Shown here piece by piece: positions 23,560 through 38,330 of a stretch of DNA of 64,000 nucleotides. Each line of letters starts with the position of its first letter. Position 1 is the stretch's first letter. The translations under genes were made by a program, and so were the position numbers. The stretch is from Octopus sinensis (Eukaryota), in assembly GCF_006345805.1 (NCBI RefSeq), contig NC_042997.1, positions 200,818,001 through 200,882,000 of the forward strand, given 5' to 3'. The notes below the pieces were generated by a model, which ran no database searches, was not told where the DNA came from, and worked only from the letters and a program-made list of their open reading frames with translations.

Positions 23560-25073
23560 TGTCACCTTAGTCTGCTGGCTGGGGACAGTTGATACTTTCC
23601 ATCATACCAGCAAAATAAGCTGTGAGGTTTCATATAATAAGAATATTAGATGGTCAGATAAATAATTTCCTTTTCATGGATGATATAAAGATTTATGTGA
23701 AAAATGATAAACAACTTGAAAGTCTTGTACATACAATCCACATTTTCTCAATTGATGTAGGTATGGAATTTGGGATAGAAGAGTGTGCTATATTGAATAT
23801 GAAATGAGGAAGATTTGACAGAAGCCAAAGAAGTGAAATTCCAAATGGGCAAACAATAAGAACGGTTGAGAAAGCACATGCGTACTTGGGAATGCTGGAA
23901 GCAGATGAGATATGAAAAAAGTGAAGAAATGAAACAAATTAGCAGTAGGGAATACAGAAGGAGAGTAAAAAGATTATTGCAGTCAAAGATGACTTCCAAA
24001 AATCTTATTGAAATAATAAATTCAAGAGCAGTATTCTTAATCAGACATGGAGTTGAATTATTGACTCGACTAAAAGCAAAATAAAGAAACTTGATGTCAA
24101 TTGGCTGTACTTGAGGGAGACCCAGGTGGAAGAGGCTTAATAAAAGTAGAAGAATGTATACAAATGGGAAGAAAAAGTCCAGTCGAGTATTTACAGAGCA
24201 GCACAGAAAAACTACTAAAGATGGTGAATAAAGAACAGGTGATGAAGTGTGTAATAGGAGGAAAGGTCAAGAATGAAACACAAAGGGAGCATGTCAGACA
24301 GATCGGAGAGAAACCCATGCATGGTACATATATGGAACAAAATCCTGGGCTTAGTTAAAAAAAGGAGCAATTAAAAAAGAAATAGAGAGCCTAATTGTAG
24401 CTGTCGAAGATCAAATGAAAAAACAAACAATTTGAGAAAAAATATTTATGGAGAGAATGTGTCAGATAAATGTAGAGTCTGAGGAACTTGGATTGAGACA
24501 GTGGCACACATTGTGGAAGAATGCCCCAAGTTAGCACAGGAAGAATATAAGAAATGGAGGCCCGACCAAAGTGTGAAGGTTTTACACTGGAAAATGTGCC
24601 AGAAATGGGGATTTGAAGCTGGAGTCAGAGACATGTAAGATTTTGTGGGACTTTCTTTATTCAAATGGACAAGAAATAAGAAAATAATAAACCAGACATA
24701 ACGTTTGTAGATAAGGAAAAGCGAAGTTGCTCATTTATTGACCGATCATGCCTATTTGAGGAAGTAAAACAAAAAAAAAGATAATCCCTTAAAGTTTGAA
24801 ATAGGAAAAATTTGGAACATGCAAACAGTAAAGGTCATGATTATAATAATTGGTATTTTGGGAACAGTAAGCAAAGATATAGACAAATGGCTGAAGAAGA
24901 CTGGAATACAATGCTCTGCAGAGCTTCTACAGAAGGTTTGTCCCTTAGGGACAGCAAGGATTATCAGGAGGGTTCTAAGCACTTGAAAGACTGCTGAAAA
25001 CTTATGGATACCTAAAGTTACAGGTAGTGACATAAATCCCACCAGGAATAAGACCAAACCTGAGCTAAACCAA
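23560..25073 (+). mobile_element. Decayed R4/Dong-clade LINE (RT C-half, CCHC knuckle, RLE) ending in (TAA)n
   Basis: INNFLFMDDIKIYVKNDKQLESLV...MEFGIEECA; GGRGLIKVEE; ETVAHIVEECPKLAQEEYKKWRPD; KPDI; GILGTVSKD...LGTARIIRRVL*; (TAA)n at 25074-25133. Confidence 0.9.
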
Positions 25074-25107
<34 letters not shown>

Positions 25108-25214
25108 TAATAATAATAATAATAATAATAATAACGATGATGATGATGCCATTAAGCATTTTGCCTGGTATGCTAATGTTTCTGCAAGTTTGCTGCCTTC
25201 TTAGACAGACAAAT

Positions 25215-25452
25215 ATTTATTTCTTTATTGTTCACAGGAGGGTTAACATAGAGGGGGAAAACAATGATAGACCAAGTGATTAAGTCGATTACATCAAGCC
25301 CAGTGTGTAACTGGTACTTATTTAATTGACCCTGAAAGGATGAAAAGCAAAGTCAACCTTGTTGGAATTCGAACTCAGAATGTAACGGCAGACGAAATAC
25401 CACTAAGCATTTCGCCCAGCATGCTAATGACTCTGCCAATTCGCCGCCTTCA
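25215..25452 (-). mobile_element. Nin/Deu-like SINE, tail type 2
   Basis: Family match. Confidence 0.8.
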
Positions 25453-25600
25453 TAGACAGATATTAAAATCACAATCCATGTACCATGATGAATGTGTATA
25501 TGCTGCAAAAAGGCTTGATGCTGTGGAATTATCTGAGATAAAATCATTTTATAAACTTGTGTTAAAAATATAAAAACACAATATATATCTGAATGTAAGA

Positions 25601-25965
25601 GGCACCATTCAAGTGTGATCATTACCAGCATCGCTTTACTGGCACTTGTGCCAGTGGCACGTGAAAAAACATTCGAGTGAAGTCGTTGCCAGTGCCGCTG
25701 GACTGGCTCCTGTGCAGGCGGCACCTAAAAACACCATTTGAGAATGGCCGTTGCAAGTACCACCTGACTGGTACTCATGCCGGTGGCATGTAAAAGCACA
25801 CACTACACTCTTGGAGTGGTTAGCATTAGGAAGGGCATCCAGCTGTAGAAACTCTGCCAGATCAAGATTGGAGCCTGGTGCAGCCATCTGGTTCACCAGC
25901 CCTCTGTCATTCTTCCAACCCATGCTAGCATGGAAAGCGATGATGATGATGGTGGTAATGATGCA
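25601..25965 (+). mobile_element. RTE-type 3' end, hairpin units b-c-d
   Basis: Three units plus conserved tail. Confidence 0.85.
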
Positions 25966-26419
25966 ATGAAGATTGCCACTATAGCAACTCATAAAGTTAA
26001 AATGTTTTCTTCTACTATAAGGTGATTATTTAATTTGTTTTTTTTTCCTTTAAAAAAACTTTATTAAATGCTCTATTTTCTTAATCAAATATGTTTTCAG
26101 GAACAATTATCAAAATTCCTCTTTGTAATTTTGTTTGAAATGAAATCTCTTAAAAATTCTAGAAAATTATTTTACAAACATCATAATATTTTGATTAAAA
26201 AGCTTTAGAAAAATTTGCTTCCCGCTATTGTAGTTTTTGAATTCAGTCTCACTGTACAGCACCTTGAGCAAGTTTCTTTTCTACTATGGCCTTCAGGTCG
26301 ACCAAACATTTGCCAGTATAGATTTGGTTGATAGAAACTGAAAGAAGCCCATCACATGCATGTATGCATGTGTATGTGAAAGTGTGTGTATATGTGTGTG
26401 TATGCATGTGCGGAGTGAA

Positions 26420-26752
26420 GGCACATGGCTCAGTGGTTAGAGCGTCGAGCTTACTATCGTGAGGTTGTGAGTTCAAATCCCAGACCTGGCTGTGTGTTGT
26501 GTTCTTGAGCAAGACACTTTATTTCATGTTACTCCAATTCACTCAGCTGTAGAAATGAGTTGCGGCATCACAGGTGCCAAGCTGTATCGGCCCCTTTACC
26601 TTTCCTTTGGATAACACTGGTGATGTGGAGAGGGGAGGCCAGTATGCATGGGCAACTGCTGGTCTTCCATAAATAACCTTGCCCGGACTTGTACCTGAAA
26701 GGGTAACTTTCTAGGTGCAATCTGATGGTCAGTCATGACTGAAGAGGGTCTC
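26420..26752 (+). mobile_element. tRNA-derived SINE with Meta-like domain, intact A/B boxes
   Basis: A-box TGGCTCAGTGG, B-box GTTCAAATCC; homologous to 18387-18710. Confidence 0.87.
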
Positions 26753-27246
26753 CCTATGCATGTGTGGGTATATGCATGTGCGTGTGTGTGCACGTGTGTA
26801 TCTGTGTGTATGTGTGTATGTGTATCCTTGTCTAGATATAATGTGACAGTTGTAAACGAGCATCACTGTCATTCAAGAGATGCTTACTTCCAGTCTTCCA
26901 TGAAAAACACTTCTGGCCAAACATTAACTTACTCGGAAACAAGTGAAGGTTGGTGACAGGAAGGACATCCAGCCGTAAAAACCTGCCTCAATGAATTCTG
27001 TCTGACCTACATGAGCCTGGAAAAATAGACAAGGAAACAATGACGTAGATGTGTTACAGTCAAAACTGAATGCTTGTGTATGTAGGACCTTTCCATGTGG
27101 TTTTATTTTTCAGTTTACATCTCACTTATTTATTCTCTGTATTTAGAATCTTTTCAATATATCTGGATTAAAAATTATATATGCAGCCACTTGGTGTTGT
27201 TATTGGTATTCTTTGGATTAGCTGTCTCTGTGTCTCAGCACAAGTA

Positions 27247-27657
27247 TTCTTTTATTTGTTTATTTGTTTCAGCCATTTGACTGCAGCCATGCTGGAGCAC
27301 CACCTTTAGTCGAACAAACCGACCCCCACCAAACTTATTCTTTGTAAGCCTAGTACTAATTCTATCGGTCTCTTTCACCGAACTGCTAAATTTTGGGGGG
27401 TGTAAACACATCAACATCAGTTGTCAAGTGATGTTGGGGGGACAAACACAGACACTCGAACACATACACATAGACACACAGACACACAATACACATATAC
27501 ATACGATGGACTTCTTTCAGTTTCCGTCTATCAAATACAGTCACAAAGCTTTGGTCGGCCCGAGGCTATAGTAGAAGACACTTGCCCAAGCTGCCATGCA
27601 GTGGGACTGGATCCAAAACCATGTGGTTGGTAAGCAAGCTACTTACGACACAGCCAC
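27247..27657 (-). mobile_element. CORE-like composite SINE, full length
   Basis: tRNA-like head, CORE-like ccttgggcaagtgtcttc, internal TG/TA tract, tail cagtcaaatggctgaaac. Confidence 0.85.
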
Positions 27658-28029
27658 TTCTACACTTTAGATTAGCCATCTGCATGTCTTATTTAATGTG
27701 TATACACCATACATCATGAAAGGCATGATACTGAGGTATTCCTCAGAGAAATTCTTCTCATAGGCATGCTGTGTTAAAAACAGTATATATTAGAGTGAGA
27801 AGGACCTTGTCCCAGCAGCAACCCACATGTTTTGGCTCCCTTAATCTTTGTCAGTGATGTGTACTTGCTGGTTACCTGCTTAGGTGAAATCTGTCTCTTA
27901 TGACATATGGGAAATAGTGAATAATTCATTCACTGATATAGCATATAACGACCGCGTTGAATAAAAACTCAGTGTATGCAATTGAAACAAAATTAAATTA
28001 AAATCGCCATTTGTGTATTGTACTTACAC

Positions 28030-28174
28030 AGGTGTGGCTGTTTGGTAAGACATTTACTTCCCAATAACATGCTTCTGGGTTGGGCAATTGTCTTATAGTA
28101 CAGCCTGGGGTTAACCAAAATCTTCTGAGTGGATTTGATAGATGGAAATTGAAAGAAGCCCCTCATATATATGC

Positions 28175-28227
<53 letters not shown>

Positions 28228-28410
28228 TTTGTTCCTCCCACTACCACTTGACTACCAGTGCTGGTGTGTATACGCTCCCATAACTTAGCAGTTTAGCAAA
28301 AAGAAACTGATGGAATAAGTACCAGGCTTTAAAAACAATAAGTGCAGGGGTCAATTTGTTTGGCTAAAATTCTTCAGGTGGTGCCCCAGCATGGTCACAG
28401 TATAATGAGT
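28030..28410 (+). mobile_element. CORE-like composite SINE, diverged
   Basis: Family match. Confidence 0.75.
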
Positions 28411-28685
28411 GAAACAAATAAAAGATAAGGAAATGTATATACATCATTGACAGAGGCATGATACGGTGGTTTTTGTTCTGAGAGAAAATCACTTAATAAA
28501 CATGCTGTATTCAAAAAACAATTTATATCTGTGTTTAAGGCTAAGTCCTAATTAAGTAAACCTAAGATCAAAGATATTCTAACCATGGCTATCATATCAT
28601 TTTACCTATCCATTGGGCAACCCTTCTTCTCCAAAATGAAAAGCACGGATTTTGAGGCAGTCACAACTGCTATTTTTAATTCATC

Positions 28686-28985
28686 AAACATTCGAGTGAG
28701 GTCATTGCCAGTGCCGCTGGACTAGCTCCTGTGCAGGTGACACATAAAAAGCACCATTTGAGTGTAGCCGTTTCCGGTACCACCTGACTGGCCCTCATGC
28801 CGGTGGCACATAAAAGCACACACTGCACTCTCGGAGTGGTTGGCATTAGGAAGGGCATCCAGCTGTAGAAACTCTGCCAGATCAAGATTGGAGCCTGGTG
28901 CAGCCATGTGGTTTGCCAGTCCTCAGTCAAATCGTCCAACCCATGCCAGCATGGAAAGCAGACGTTAAACGATGATGATGATGAT
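28686..28985 (+). mobile_element. RTE-type 3' end, units c-d
   Basis: Family match. Confidence 0.85.
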
Positions 28986-29479
28986 CCCACTGGAACCTCC
29001 TTTATTGGATTGCACCATTACATGTTCAAAGTCTGGAATGACTGACGTTCTTGGGAATTAGAAATGCTCTCTGATCTTTACTTGATCTGGCAGAAAGTTA
29101 CAATATATCTGGCACCTGCTTCGCTACTGACAATTAAATTTACATATCACACCAAAGAACAGAATATAGAACCAGAAACAGGATGCATAATTCTAGTTTA
29201 AAACTATGCATTCCATGGCATTAATTCTCTAGATTAGCATAGGAACATCACAAAATTTAGGAATCTCCATAGTCATTTTGTAGAGATTCTGGAACATGCT
29301 TAGCACTTACCGCATCCGCTTTGGGAAATTAAAAGGTAAAGTCAATGGTGAATATAGTAACATGAAATTAAATACTCTACAGGATTTAGTTTAGTGTTTC
29401 AACATTTCCAGTGCTTCAGTACTTGCATGTATTTCATTAAGTATTCCTGATATAGTATAACAAATATAAAGCCAGATAC

Positions 29480-29519
<40 letters not shown>

Positions 29520-29572
29520 ATTTATCTTTTTCTCTCTCTTTCTGTCTCTCCACACACACACACATGTATATA

Positions 29573-29624
<52 letters not shown>

Positions 29625-30074
29625 TAGAGTATTGTAGTTTGCTTGAAGCATTGTGTATTGTTTGTAAACAATAATGAAAAGAAAAAAAAAATCCGTTGGA
29701 AAACCGATTGTAGCAGTGACTCAATCAATCCCTAGGGATATCTGAAGAAGGAATTTTTACACTCTGAAATATTATATCAGATTATGGATGATTAAACTAC
29801 ACCAGTTATTTTAGTGCATTGGTGTGCCATTCAAAACACATTATTACTATTTTCTATCATTATATATATATAAATTAGTAAAAAAACACCTTTTATCAAT
29901 TCAAAATGAACAATTAAATAACACCATCTAGAAAATTACATATAACAGAAATATTAAATATAAAATAATAATATACTGATGATAATAATATACCGATGAT
30001 TAAGTAATGTGCAAAATAATAAATAAAACGTATATATTTGGTAGAATAATATATATATATATATTATATATATA

Positions 30075-30105
<31 letters not shown>

Positions 30106-30385
30106 CAAGAGGGTATCCAAAAGAAACTGGTGTCTTGGAATATCATTTTATTCTCTTAGTTTTACATGTTTACACTTTTATCGCCTTCAAATTACTCTCC
30201 ATTTGAAGCAATGTATCGATCCAGCTGCGCTTTTCACTGTTCGAAGCAGTGCCGGAACTCTTGTGAAATGATGCCTTTTAACAACCCCATTGTTTTTTCC
30301 TACACCTTTTCCACATCTGCAAATTCTGTAGCAGAATTTGAGGCCATTTCTGTACTTGAAAAAACATGTCAAGCTAAGTAAAATT
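30106..30385 (-). mobile_element. Mariner 3' end fragment in (TA)n
   Basis: Minus strand ...FRHCFEQ*KAQLDRYIASNGE*FEGDK, then a TIR-like end at the TA array. Confidence 0.7.
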
Positions 30386-30389
30386 ACAG

Positions 30390-30620
30390 GTGCCAGTTAC
30401 GTGTAAAATGCACTTGTATTGGTGCTGCATGAATGCACCTGTACTGGTGGCATGTAAAAAGCAGCCAGCATACTATGTAAAGCGGTTAGCATTAGGAAGG
30501 GCACCCAGCCACAGAAAACATGCTACAGCAGACAATTGGAGTCTGACCAGCTCCTGTCGAACTGTCCAACCTATGCCAGAATGGAAAATGAATGTTAAAT
30601 GATGATGATGATGATGATGT
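30390..30620 (+). mobile_element. Diverged RTE-type 3' end
   Basis: Family match. Confidence 0.7.
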
Positions 30621-31139
30621 GTGGATGTGTGGATGTGTGTTGGTGTGTGTTTATATACTATAGATAATTATAAGAACAACACAGGAAGAACAAAGTTTAT
30701 GAAATATGGGATTAGTTTAATGTTTTAATGAAAGGAGAAAGTTTCTTAACGTTTCAGATGTTAGTTTTTCATCAGAAGTAAGAAGGAAGCATGGCGAAGG
30801 AAATGAAGAGAAATTGTCAGTGACCAAAAGAAAGAAAAAAAGAAGAGAAAAAGTATAGAGGTTGTGGAAGATGAAGTGTAGATCAAAGAACAGCAAAGGG
30901 ATATCCAAAGTAATCTGGGTAGCAACCCAAGGTAGAATTCAAAGTTTGTGAATAGAAGATCGAATTCTGAGAAAACCTATGAAATATTTCCTTATAAAGC
31001 AAATAGATATTTTTCATAAGTATTGCTTGAAGACATCAGTGGGTAAAACTGGAAAAGAAACGTTTGTAATGTTGATTATTTTCAAAGAAATGAGTCATTT
31101 CAGGCACTGAAGTTTATTTCAGAACATTCAGTGAGTTCA

Positions 31140-31551
31140 TGGCTCATAGGACGGCCTGCTGTGCTAACCATGGATCGTAGAGTGACCCGCTGTTCTTGAG
31201 AAGACCTATTGAGTCAAGTATGTTAACACCAACATCAAATGAAAATTGAATGGAAATAGTAGTTAAGACACCCGTGCCGGTGACACGTTAAAAGAAAAGC
31301 ACCGTCCGAACGTGACAGATGCCAGTGCCACCTGACTGGCGTCCGTGTCGGTGGCACGTAAAAGCACCAACCAATCATGGCTGTTTGCCAGTTTCCTCTG
31401 GCCCCTGTGCTGGTGGCACATAAAAAGCACCCACTACACTCATGGAGTGGTTGGCATTAGGAAGGGCATCCAGCTGTAGAAACACTGCCAGATCAACCCA
31501 TGCTAGCATGGAAAATGGACATTAAACGATGATGATGATGATGATGATGAT
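31140..31551 (+). mobile_element. RTE LINE 3' end with ORF tail and ~2.5 hairpin units
   Basis: ...cttgagaagacc ORF end, units, tail, (GAT)n. Confidence 0.8.
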
Positions 31552-32296
31552 TCAGAAATCTTAATGTGATATCCTCTGATTTTGTAATTTCTTGATTTAT
31601 AGTTTAATTAATTTGCTAACGAATGTGTGAAACATTACATAATTGTGAGGAAAAATTACCGACACTCTATAAGTTAGAATTACTAATATGAAATGTAATG
31701 TAAACCATTGGCTAATAACGTTTGATCTGATATAGAAAGTAAATTTGACTTCTCTGATAATTCACCAAAATGATTTCCAGATCTTATATCATTAAAGTCA
31801 TTTCTATCATTGTCACAATAACAATTATGATTAAATGAGTTTATAAGTAGAGTGTTCGTAAGTAATTGTAGATGATGTGTAATTACTGAAGAAGTTGCCA
31901 GCAGGGTTGGTACATGTACATGTCGTTGTTTCTTCGTGAGCATACGCAATAAAGACAGTGTTTACATTCATCGTAACATAATATTGAATTCAGTGTTAGG
32001 AAGGGAATCCAATGGTAAAAATGATGCCAAAGCTGACATCAGAGCACATCACAGTTTTTCAACTTGTCAGATCCAGTCAAACCATCTCGTCTATGCTAGC
32101 AGGGAACACAGACCTTGAACGGTGATCATCAAGAAATTTGTGTGTGTGTGTGTGTGTGTGTTAGAATACCACAGAATATCAGAATACCACTTGCTAGAAA
32201 GAGGAGCTAACACTCCAAAACGTATGCTGAATACAATGGATATAATAAAATAAGCTTACCTTGTATAAACTACAAATTAAGAAACAGGTATCTTAG

Positions 32297-32903
32297 TTAG
32301 AAAATTACTATTTTTAGATCTCACAACGAGAGATATTCAGCAACAGTACTTTGGAGTAAAGATTGTTTGCCAACATAACATGGCAGTCCTGGTTTAGGAC
32401 AAATTTTGCTGTAATGTAGCCCCAGGAGACATCGTCTCCAGCTGGCTATATAGCATTAAAATATAAGGACACAGATCATGTCATATAGCTAACTGGAGAT
32501 GATGTCTCCTGTACCTAAATTACAGCAGCATTAGTCCTAAACTAGGACTGCCATGTTATGTTTATTATCTCGTTGTGAGATTTAAAAATAGCAATTTTCT
32601 AATTTATAGATCAGTAACTAGTTGTCACTTTGAAAACTATATATTTCGAATGGGAATTTAGCTGCACCACCTTGAGCCGAGCAATTATTCTGGGCTGATG
32701 AAGGGAAATAACCTGGAAATCCCGATACACAGATATTGATTTGAGCTGAGTGGGGTGCTAGATTCCCTTGTTTGAAAATATAAGGACACAGACCATGTCA
32801 TATAGCCAGCTGGAGACGATGTCTCCTGGAGCTAAATTACAGTAACATTCATCCTAAACCAGGACTGCCATGTTATGTTGGCAAATAATCTTTACTTCAG
32901 GTA
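32297..32903. repeat. Foldback: ~150-bp arms (32297-32451 / 32483-32602) plus a third, direct copy (32775-32903)
   Basis: ttagaaaattactatttttagatctcacaacgag...ctggctatat is mirrored by atatagctaactggag...ctcgttgtgagatttaaaaatagcaattttctaa. Confidence 0.88.
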
Positions 32904-33169
32904 TCTTGGTAGCAATTGATTTCACCTTTTGTACCTTTGTACTCAAGGATCATCAGCCAAGTTCACTGTATTCATCTATTTTTGAAAATATTCATCACAT
33001 TACACCATGCATGTTTGTTCATCTGCATGCCCCCAAGACATTCAAAAACTTTATAGGTTAATCTTGCTGAACCGCTAAGTTATGGGTTTGTAAACACATC
33101 AACATTGGTTGTCAAGTGATGGTGGGGGAAAAACACAGACGCAAACACACAAATGTATACATACACATT

Positions 33170-33544
33170 GGAGTGGCTGTGTGGTAAGAAGCTGGCTTCC
33201 TAACCACATGGTTCCAGGTTCAATTCCACTGTGTGACCACCTTGGGCAAGTGTCTTCTACTGTAGCCTTGTGAGTAGATTTGGTAGACAGAAACTGAAAG
33301 AAGCCAGTGGTATGTATATGTGTGTGTGTGTGTATTTGTGTGTCTCTATTTGTCTCCCCACCATTGCTTGAAACCGATGTTGGTGTGTTTGCATCCCCGT
33401 AACTTAGCAGTTCGGCAAAAGTAACATGATAGGATAAGTACTCGGCTTACAAAGAATAAATCCTGGGGTCGATTTGTTCAACTAATGGCGGTGCTCCAGG
33501 ATGGCTGCAGTCAAATTACTGAAACAAGTAAAAGAATAAAAGAA
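33170..33544 (+). mobile_element. CORE-like composite SINE, full length
   Basis: Family match, ends at (TA)n. Confidence 0.87.
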
Positions 33545-33545
33545 T

Positions 33546-33596
<51 letters not shown>

Positions 33597-33600
<4 letters not shown>

Positions 33601-34168
33601 GTCATCCCATAAGTTCTGTCCGAATATTGAATAAAGAAAACAAGTGATCATATGTTATATTTAATTGAAATGTAATCATCAATGTACTTTCCCTGATTAT
33701 CTATGACTTCCTTCCATATGTTTACAAGCTTTTTAATCCCATCAATGTAAAACTCTTTTGGTTTCAAAGCAAAGAACTCTGAAATATCAGTTTCAACCTC
33801 CTCCTGGCTTGCGAAAGTTATGTCCCCCAAATAATTCTGTAAACTACGAAATAAATGGTAGTCTGAAGGAGCAAGGTTGGGAGAATAAGGTGGATGAGGA
33901 ATTTTTTCCCAATCAAGCTCTTCGGTCTTTTGTGATGTGATCTTTGCAGTGTGGGGTCACGCATTGTCCTCATGAAACATCACTCCTTTACAATTCACTA
34001 AAGCGGGTCTTTTTTTCTTCAAAGCTCGGTTCAAATGCTCTAATTGCTGATAGTAGACTTGAGCATTGATTGTTGCTTTAGGTGGTAACAATTCAAAGTG
34101 AATTACTCCTTTGCAATCCCACCAAATAGAGAGAAGAACCTTTTTCCCATGAAGTTCCCTTCTCAGTT
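33597..34168 (-). mobile_element. Mariner 3' half inserted in (TA)n
   Basis: KKVLLSIWWDCKGVIHFELL...RPALVNCKGVMFHEDNA; WKEVIDNQGKYIDD*; TIR tcaggtcatcccataagttctgtccga. Confidence 0.9.
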
Positions 34169-34169
34169 G

Positions 34170-34472
34170 TGGTTGATCAAAGCCTTGTGAGTGGATTTGG
34201 TAGACAGAAACTGAAAGAAGTCCGTCGTATATATGTATATGTAGATATATATTTATATGTGTGTGTGTGTCTGTGTTTGTCCTCCCCCAACATCGCTTGA
34301 CAACCGATGCTGGTGTGTTTACATCCCCGTAACTTAGCAGTTCAGCAAAAGGGACCAATAGAATAAGTACTAAGCTTACAAAGAAAAGTCCTGGGATTGA
34401 TTTGCTCGACTAAAGGCAGTGCTCCAGCATGGCCACAATCAAATGACAGAAACGAGTAACAAAGTAAAAGAG
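34170..34472 (+). mobile_element. CORE-like composite SINE, 5'-truncated
   Basis: Family match. Confidence 0.85.
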
Positions 34473-35378
34473 TATAAAATGACATGTACATTCTGTAATC
34501 ATCAAGGACCACCTCACAATTTTGATCTCATCTGTCTTATAAAACTGAAATAGAACGCTATTAAAGAGTCCCTTTAATTAATCATCGTGCTGTTAGAATT
34601 ATATCATTCAAACTTATCTGTGGAATATATATCGTACCAGAAGATTAATAATTAAAGATTTTATTTTTCCTTACTTCTTAATCTCGTCCTGTATTAGCAT
34701 TCATGATATAATTAGCTGTGTGGTATATTCTGAATCTTATAATTTATCAATTTCCTTTACATTCTGTGTTTATGTTAATAATTTAAATAAACAGTTATTA
34801 TCATCATCTTCCATTTAAACTAACATCTCGTGAATTTAACAGACAATATTGATGATATTTAATAAGTGGAAACATTTCTATGGTCATCACTTGAGGATAT
34901 GTTGCCTGACAAAAGATTTGAGGTTTCGGTTTTTAGATCTGATCCCCATTGTTTTATTATTTATTAGCTTGTTCACCCTTCCTTGTATGAAAGATAGATG
35001 TTAAATGATGATGATGATGAAGACAGTTGCGGCGTGGTAAGAAGTATGCTTCCCAGAGTCATGGTCCTGAGTTCAGTACCATTGCATAGCACCTTTGGCA
35101 AGTGTCTTCTTGGGCCAATCAAAAACTTTGTGATAGTGACCATCTATATCTTGCTGTCTCCCATTCTCTCTCTCTCTCTCTTTCTCTCTTTCTCTCTCTC
35201 TTTCCATGTCCTGCACTTCCCTCAGGTTGGGCAACTGTGTATTTCCTTTGTGGTAGCACACCTGTTTCTGTTTCCATTCCCGATCTCTCTCTCTCTTTCT
35301 TTCTCTCTCTCTCTCTCTTCTTGGGCCAATCAAACCCTTGTGAGTATATTTAGTAATACAGATCCTGAAAGTTCATCA

Positions 35379-36434
<1,056 letters not shown>

Positions 36435-36856
36435 TATACACACATACATACATACATACATACATACATACATACATACATACAAACACACACACACATA
36501 TGTGTGTGTTTGTTTGTATGTATGTATGTATATGAGTGTGTGCGTTTTTGTGACTGTCTCCCATCACTACATGATAACCAGGGTTGGTTTGTTTACCTCC
36601 CCTTAACTTAGTGTTGCCATATGAACCAATCCCCTTGCCTTAGAGGTTGAATAGGCCCTGTAAGTATCATAGGTAAGTTCAAGATAGAAGGAGACTAAAA
36701 GAGAAAGCTACAAAAAGACCAATGCCATAGCTTTCTGACGAGAAATTCTGACACTTCAGGCTTTTGAACAGAGGCTCATGCTTGCCAACACCTAATGAAA
36801 CAGGAATAGAAGAGGAAAGTGGTTTTGGGAGAAAGAAAGAGAAAAGATTGAGGAGG

Positions 36857-36891
<35 letters not shown>

Positions 36892-37339
36892 GAAGGAGAA
36901 AAGGGAGAAAGAGAGGAGTAGAAAAGTAGAAAGATGAGAGAAAAGAAAGAGGGCAAAAGAGAAAGAGAGCAAAAGAGAGAGAGAGAGAGGGAGTAGTCAT
37001 TGTGACTTTGTGCTATACATGGCTTTCTTTTTGTATTGTTCTCAGTCAATTCTTGGTCTGGAGTTGAAACTAATGGTTTTGTTCATGAAATCAATAAAAT
37101 ATTTAAATTACAATTAAGAATGAAAATTGTACTGAAAATTACTTTCATTGTTACTGTATTAAATAAGAGAATTCTTTGACAACATTTTCTGGAGCTGCAA
37201 ATTTGTCTAAGTTAGTTCTTTGAGTTTAATTACATCATTATAGTTCTAACTGACATATTCTTGTTTCTTTCTGAATGTTACATAAGGAAGCCGTAAAATG
37301 TGTAGAATTTATATATATATATATGCGTATATATATGCG

Positions 37340-37692
37340 TTCAGTCCCACTGCGTGGCATCTTGGGCAAGTGTCTTCTGCTATAGCCTCGGGCCGACCAA
37401 AGCCTTGTGAGTGGATTTGGTAGACGGAAACTGAAAGAAGCCTGTCATATATATGTATATATATATGTATGTGTGTGTATATGTTTGTGCGTTTGTGTTT
37501 GTCCCTCTAGCATTGCTTGACAACCGATGCTGGTGTGTTTACGTCCCCGTCACTTAGCGGTTCGGCAAAAGAGACTGATAGAATAAGTACTGGGCTTACA
37601 AAGAATAAGTCCCGGGGTTGATTTGCTCGACCAAAGGCAGTGCTCCAGCATGGCCGCAGTCAAATGACTGAAACAAGTAAAAGAGTAAAGAG
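37340..37692 (+). mobile_element. CORE-like composite SINE, well conserved
   Basis: Family match; further copies at 37800-38010 (-), 38425-38610 (+), 41248-41460 (-), 54808-55030 (-), 55040-55260 (-), 55495-55600 (-), 61040-61350 (-). Confidence 0.87.
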
Positions 37693-37698
37693 TAATAT

Positions 37699-37768
<70 letters not shown>

Positions 37769-38010
37769 TATATATTTATGTATGTATATACTCTTATATT
37801 CTTTTATTCTTTTACTTGTTTCAGTCATTTGACTGCAGCCATGCTGGTGCATCACCTTCAGTTGTACAAATCAATCCAGGACTTATTCCTTGTAAGCCTA
37901 GTACTTATTCTGTTGGACTCTTTTGCTGAACCACTAGGTTATGGGGATGTAAATGCACCAACGTCAGTTGTCAAGCGATGGTGGGGAGACAAACACAGAC
38001 ACACTAATAA

Positions 38011-38061
<51 letters not shown>

Positions 38062-38139
38062 ATATGTCTTCTACTTGGCATGGGTTGGCCAAAGCTTTGT
38101 GAATTGATTTGGTAGACAGAAACCGAAAACAGCCCATCT

Positions 38140-38330
38140 TTATCATCATCAGTTAACGTCCATTAAATGATAATGGTGATGATGATAGGTTTGACAAGAA
38201 CTGGCAAGGCCCGGGGTGGCACCAGATCCCATAGTCTGTTTTGGTATGGTTTCTACAGCTGGATGCTCTTATTTATTCCAACACCTTTACAGAGTCTACT
38301 CAGTGCTTTATACATGACACCATTACCAAT
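38140..38330 (-). mobile_element. Diverged RTE-type 3' end
   Basis: Family match. Confidence 0.65.

Noticed and set aside
26420-26490. Functional tRNA genes (also 14445-14515, 18640-18710 and 48462-48535)
   Set aside because: A and B boxes are present, but the acceptor or anticodon stems are broken and SINE or PLE bodies follow.
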